Shown here in pieces: positions 12,699 to 64,000 of a stretch of 64,000 nucleotides of DNA. A program made the position numbers and the translations under genes. Within the stretch, counting starts at the first letter, position 1. The number at the start of each line of letters is the position of its first letter. The notes beneath the pieces were generated by a model. The model made no database searches. It saw only the letters and a program-made list of their open reading frames with translations, and had not been told where the DNA came from. Origin of the DNA: Chrysomallon squamiferum (Eukaryota; Animalia; Mollusca); contig CM022665.1 of the NCBI GenBank assembly GCA_012295275.1, positions 43,834,001-43,898,000 on the forward strand, in the 5' to 3' direction.

Positions 12699-14662
12699 TT
12701 ATTTTTTTATTATTTTTTTTTTTTTTTTTAATTTTTTTTTTTTTTTTTTTTCTTAAATTATGCATATATGTTCATATTGAATTTTATTTTTAATTAGATT
12801 TGTTCATATTAAAAGAGCTTGGGGGAATAAAATAAAAAATTATATATATTATATATATATATATATATATTCAGTGGACAAAAACCAGTATTGCATGGGT
12901 GGTAGGTAATCTGGAACAGCTGTTCTAATTATATTCTATTATCACTTGGTCTCTCATGCTTGTCTTATGTACCTCCATAGTAATTTCATCCAAGCCCTAC
13001 AGTCTTGCACACATCTGCTGGAGCCAAGAAAGTGAACTCAGCCCATTATTTTCAGCCCATGGCTAACCAGGGCTTCACTGGGGAACAACAAGTATTTGTA
13101 CAATGCAGGTATTATAGCCATCCTCACAACATTAATATTGACAAGCCACAAATTTGCTAATCACAGCCTATCAGAGGCACCAAGAGTGATACCATCTTGT
13201 GTTTCTGGAGGGAGGAAAAGGTGTATTAATGATATAAGCCGTGTTGAAATAGCTGGTGTGGTTCGGTGCATGCCATACTGGTACTTTTCTCGAGATGGGT
13301 GGCATTATGATGAATTTTTTTTTTTACGTGATTTTGGGTTTCTTGTTTTTTTTTTTTTTTTTTTTTTTTTGTTAGTATCTTTTTGTTGAACTGAAGTTAA
13401 CAGGAAATAATCCCCTGATATTAATAATTTTCTAACATGAACACGAAAACATTTTTTTAAATCATTTTTCTCTCATGTTCTTTCTCTCTTGTATATATAC
13501 AGATATGTCAGGTAGATGTCCCAGGTAGAAATATAATAATAAAAAAAAAAAATGGATGGACATCAGTTCAAAATGGCAGATAAGATTGATATAAAGATAA
13601 TGGATTATTCATTAATTCTGTTGTGATGTAATGTACACAAAGTTTAGCCAAGTGTTCATTTTTTGAAACAAATTTGCAGTTTTAAAATAAGAAGAAGAAA
13701 AAAAAAAAAAATTCTGTTTTGTTTAAGGTGTAGTAAATTAATTCATTAGTGTTGCCAGTGAAGTGGATAATTAAAGTATAGTGGTTTTTTTTTTTTGTTG
13801 TTTATCTTGGTTAAAGCATAAGATTTTTTTTTTATTTTTTTTTTTCATAAATGTTTGCTGAAGATATGAATCATTTCTTAGCATACAAACTACACAAACA
13901 TGTTTTAAGCGTTTGTTGTCCTTCTGTCCCAGATCTGTGCTGATGTCAGGTTTAGCATTGATTACACCTACCAACAACCTCTACAAAGGTTATGATTTTG
14001 GCATATGAACTGACTGAAGGATTTCTTTAAGGAATTATTTGATTTTAATTCATTTTTAAAAATATTGAATCTTTATAAAGAGCAGACAGTTAACATTGGT
14101 ATAAAATTGATGACATATTTAAAAATTGTTATTTATTTATTTTATTTTTTAAATTTCTATTTGGATACAAAACTAAAAAAAAACAACAACAACAAAAAAT
14201 TAAATTGGCAAAACTGTAATTCTCTTTAACCTTATTTTTAAATTTTTTTAATTTCTGCTGAAATGGATGAACTGTCTGTTGAAAAACAGAGCACTTCTAA
14301 ATGAAAATAAACAGAATTTTTTTTTTTTTTTTTTTTTAAATTAGAAATTGTCTATTTAACACTATTTTTAAATTTGCAAAAAAAGTTGCTGTTTGTAATG
14401 GTTTTAATGCACAAGCAATGAAAAATGGAAGACCTCTATAACAACAACAAACGTTTAAAATAGATAGTGATTACTTTTAAACGTTTCATTTAACAGTCTC
14501 TTTTTCTGTTTGTGACAAAAATGTGTAAACCTGTAGTAACAGTCAGATATGGAGGACATACATATATATATATATATATGTTTTTTATATGTTACATGCA
14601 GAGTTATTCTCTTAAAAAATTTAAGATTACTCTTGTTTCGTTTTTAGCCAATTTGAGTAGAC

Positions 14663-62477
<47,815 letters not shown>

Positions 62478-62504
<27 letters not shown>

Positions 62505-63050
62505 GTAAGTTCCAATGTATGCAACTCTTAAAGGGGTAAGTTCCAGTGTATGCAACTCTTAAAGAGGTAAGTTCCAGTGTATGCAACTCTTAAAGGGGTT
62601 AGTTCCAGTGTATGCAACTCTTAAAGGGGTTAGTTTCCTTAAAGGGGTAAGTTCCAATATGCAACTCTTAAAGGGGTTAGTTCCAGTGTATGCAACTCTT
62701 AAAGAGGTTAGTTTCAGGGGTAAGTTATGTATGCAACTCTTAAAGGGGTTAGTTCCAGTGTATGCAACTCTTAAAGAGGTTAGTTCCTTAAAGTATATGC
62801 AACTCTTAAAGGGGGGTTAGTTCTTAAAGGGGTAAGTTCCAGTGAATGCAACTCTTAAAAGGTTTAGTTCCAGTGTATGCAACTCTTAAAAGGGTTAGTT
62901 CCAGTGTATGCAACTCTTAAAAGGGTTAGTTCCAGTGTATGCAACTCTTAAAAGGGTTAGTTCCAGTGTATGCAACTCTTAAAGGGGTTAGTTCCAGTGT
63001 ATGCAACTCTTAAAGGGTTAAGTTCTAGTTTATACAAGTTGTAAAGGAGT
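62478..63050 (+). repeat. 31-bp minisatellite GTTCCAGTGTATGCAACTCTTAAAGGGGT(A/T)A spanning the exon 8 donor
   Basis: 16 copies of the core GCAACTCTT counted, several units truncated; the first copy lies within the coding exon. Confidence 0.95.
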
Positions 63051-63456
63051 TCATTGCAGATGATCTTAAAGATATAAATTTTTGTTTGTGCAACTTGTAA
63101 GCAGGCATCTTTCCAAATCTAATTACATTCTAGACTATTTATTGTTTATGGTTCATTCAGTTATTAAAACAAGAACTCCAGTTTTATGTAAACATTATTA
63201 AAAGATTCTATATTTAAACTCAGAATCTGTACCAAATCAAATTACTTTTAAAGTCTTTAATACAAGACATCTAATAATTTAATGTCATTAGTTGATTTAT
63301 ACTTCTATTTTTTTTTTTTTTTTTCAACTTCATTTATTGATTTTATTTAAGGTCAGAAGTAAATTTAAGACTCTAAAAAAAAATAAACCTATTACATAAA
63401 AAAACAAAATGGGAGAAAAAAAAAATCCATTTCTCCTTTTGTTAAATCGTCTTCAT

Positions 63457-63496
<40 letters not shown>

Positions 63497-64000
63497 TCAG
63501 TCTGTTTAAAAATAGATCTCCAGACAGAAGCCTGTCTTTATTAACAGTGAAAGTTTAAAAAAAAAAAAACAACAAGAAAAGGTGAAGGTAAAAATGTCTG
63601 TGATTAAGAGATACAGGACTCTGTTAATTAACAGTCTATTGATTAATGGCTGACAAGACCATCACGAGAATGCCATTAACTGAATTAACAACAGGCTGTA
63701 CATTTTAAACACAGGCTAAAAACCCAGAAAAGCGTACTTTGATCAATTTTTCAGTTTGGAAGAAAAAAAAAAAAAATTAATCTGTAGAAAGAGCTCAACA
63801 TGGTAGCCAGTATTCAGGAAATATTACTTGATTTAATAATTTTTTCCATAAAAATCTATTAATACCACGATTCCTTGGCAAAACTTCTACTTACAGAATC
63901 AAAGGTTTGTTTCTTCCCTGGAGCTAAATGTTCTTATGAGTTTGACCTTTGAAATATTAAAATTGGTCAAAAGGTTTGTAAGGCGACTGAATGCTGCTTT

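Noticed and set aside
62581-62820. 79-aa ORF with repeated PVYATLK
   Set aside because: Product of the 31-bp donor-spanning repeat; separated from the true frame by the stop at 62529.
63050-64000. Next PLEKHH exon (expected to begin with a KATQI-like peptide)
   Set aside because: No acceptor followed by a matching frame was found; it probably lies beyond the window.

Overview
AT-rich, microsatellite-dense eukaryotic (animal) genomic DNA. Composition and protein divergence suggest an invertebrate, possibly a mollusc, but the species cannot be determined from this window. There are no prokaryotic features. By hand I reconstructed two divergently transcribed, spliced genes, both running off the window ends. 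(1) Minus strand, 5588 to <233: the first 10 coding exons (382 codons, all splice phases consistent) of a THADA/Trm732 orthologue with compact introns. (2) Plus strand, 14663 to >62504: the first 8 coding exons (501 codons, phases consistent) of a PLEKHH1/PLEKHH2/MAX-1 family gene with 17 kb and 19 kb introns. As I recall, human THADA and PLEKHH2 are also head-to-head neighbours, so this may be an ancient conserved microsynteny. The most unusual sequence-level pattern is that several tandem repeats sit exactly on splice signals of the PLEKHH gene. A 31-bp unit copies an exon end plus its 5' splice site about 16 times, a 27/~80-bp family amplifies a branch-point motif, and a ~40-bp array starts at a donor. 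There is also a ~260-bp intronic inverted repeat. Almost all ORFs in the supplied track are artefacts of simple repeats. Homology calls rest on recalled human sequences, not on a database search.
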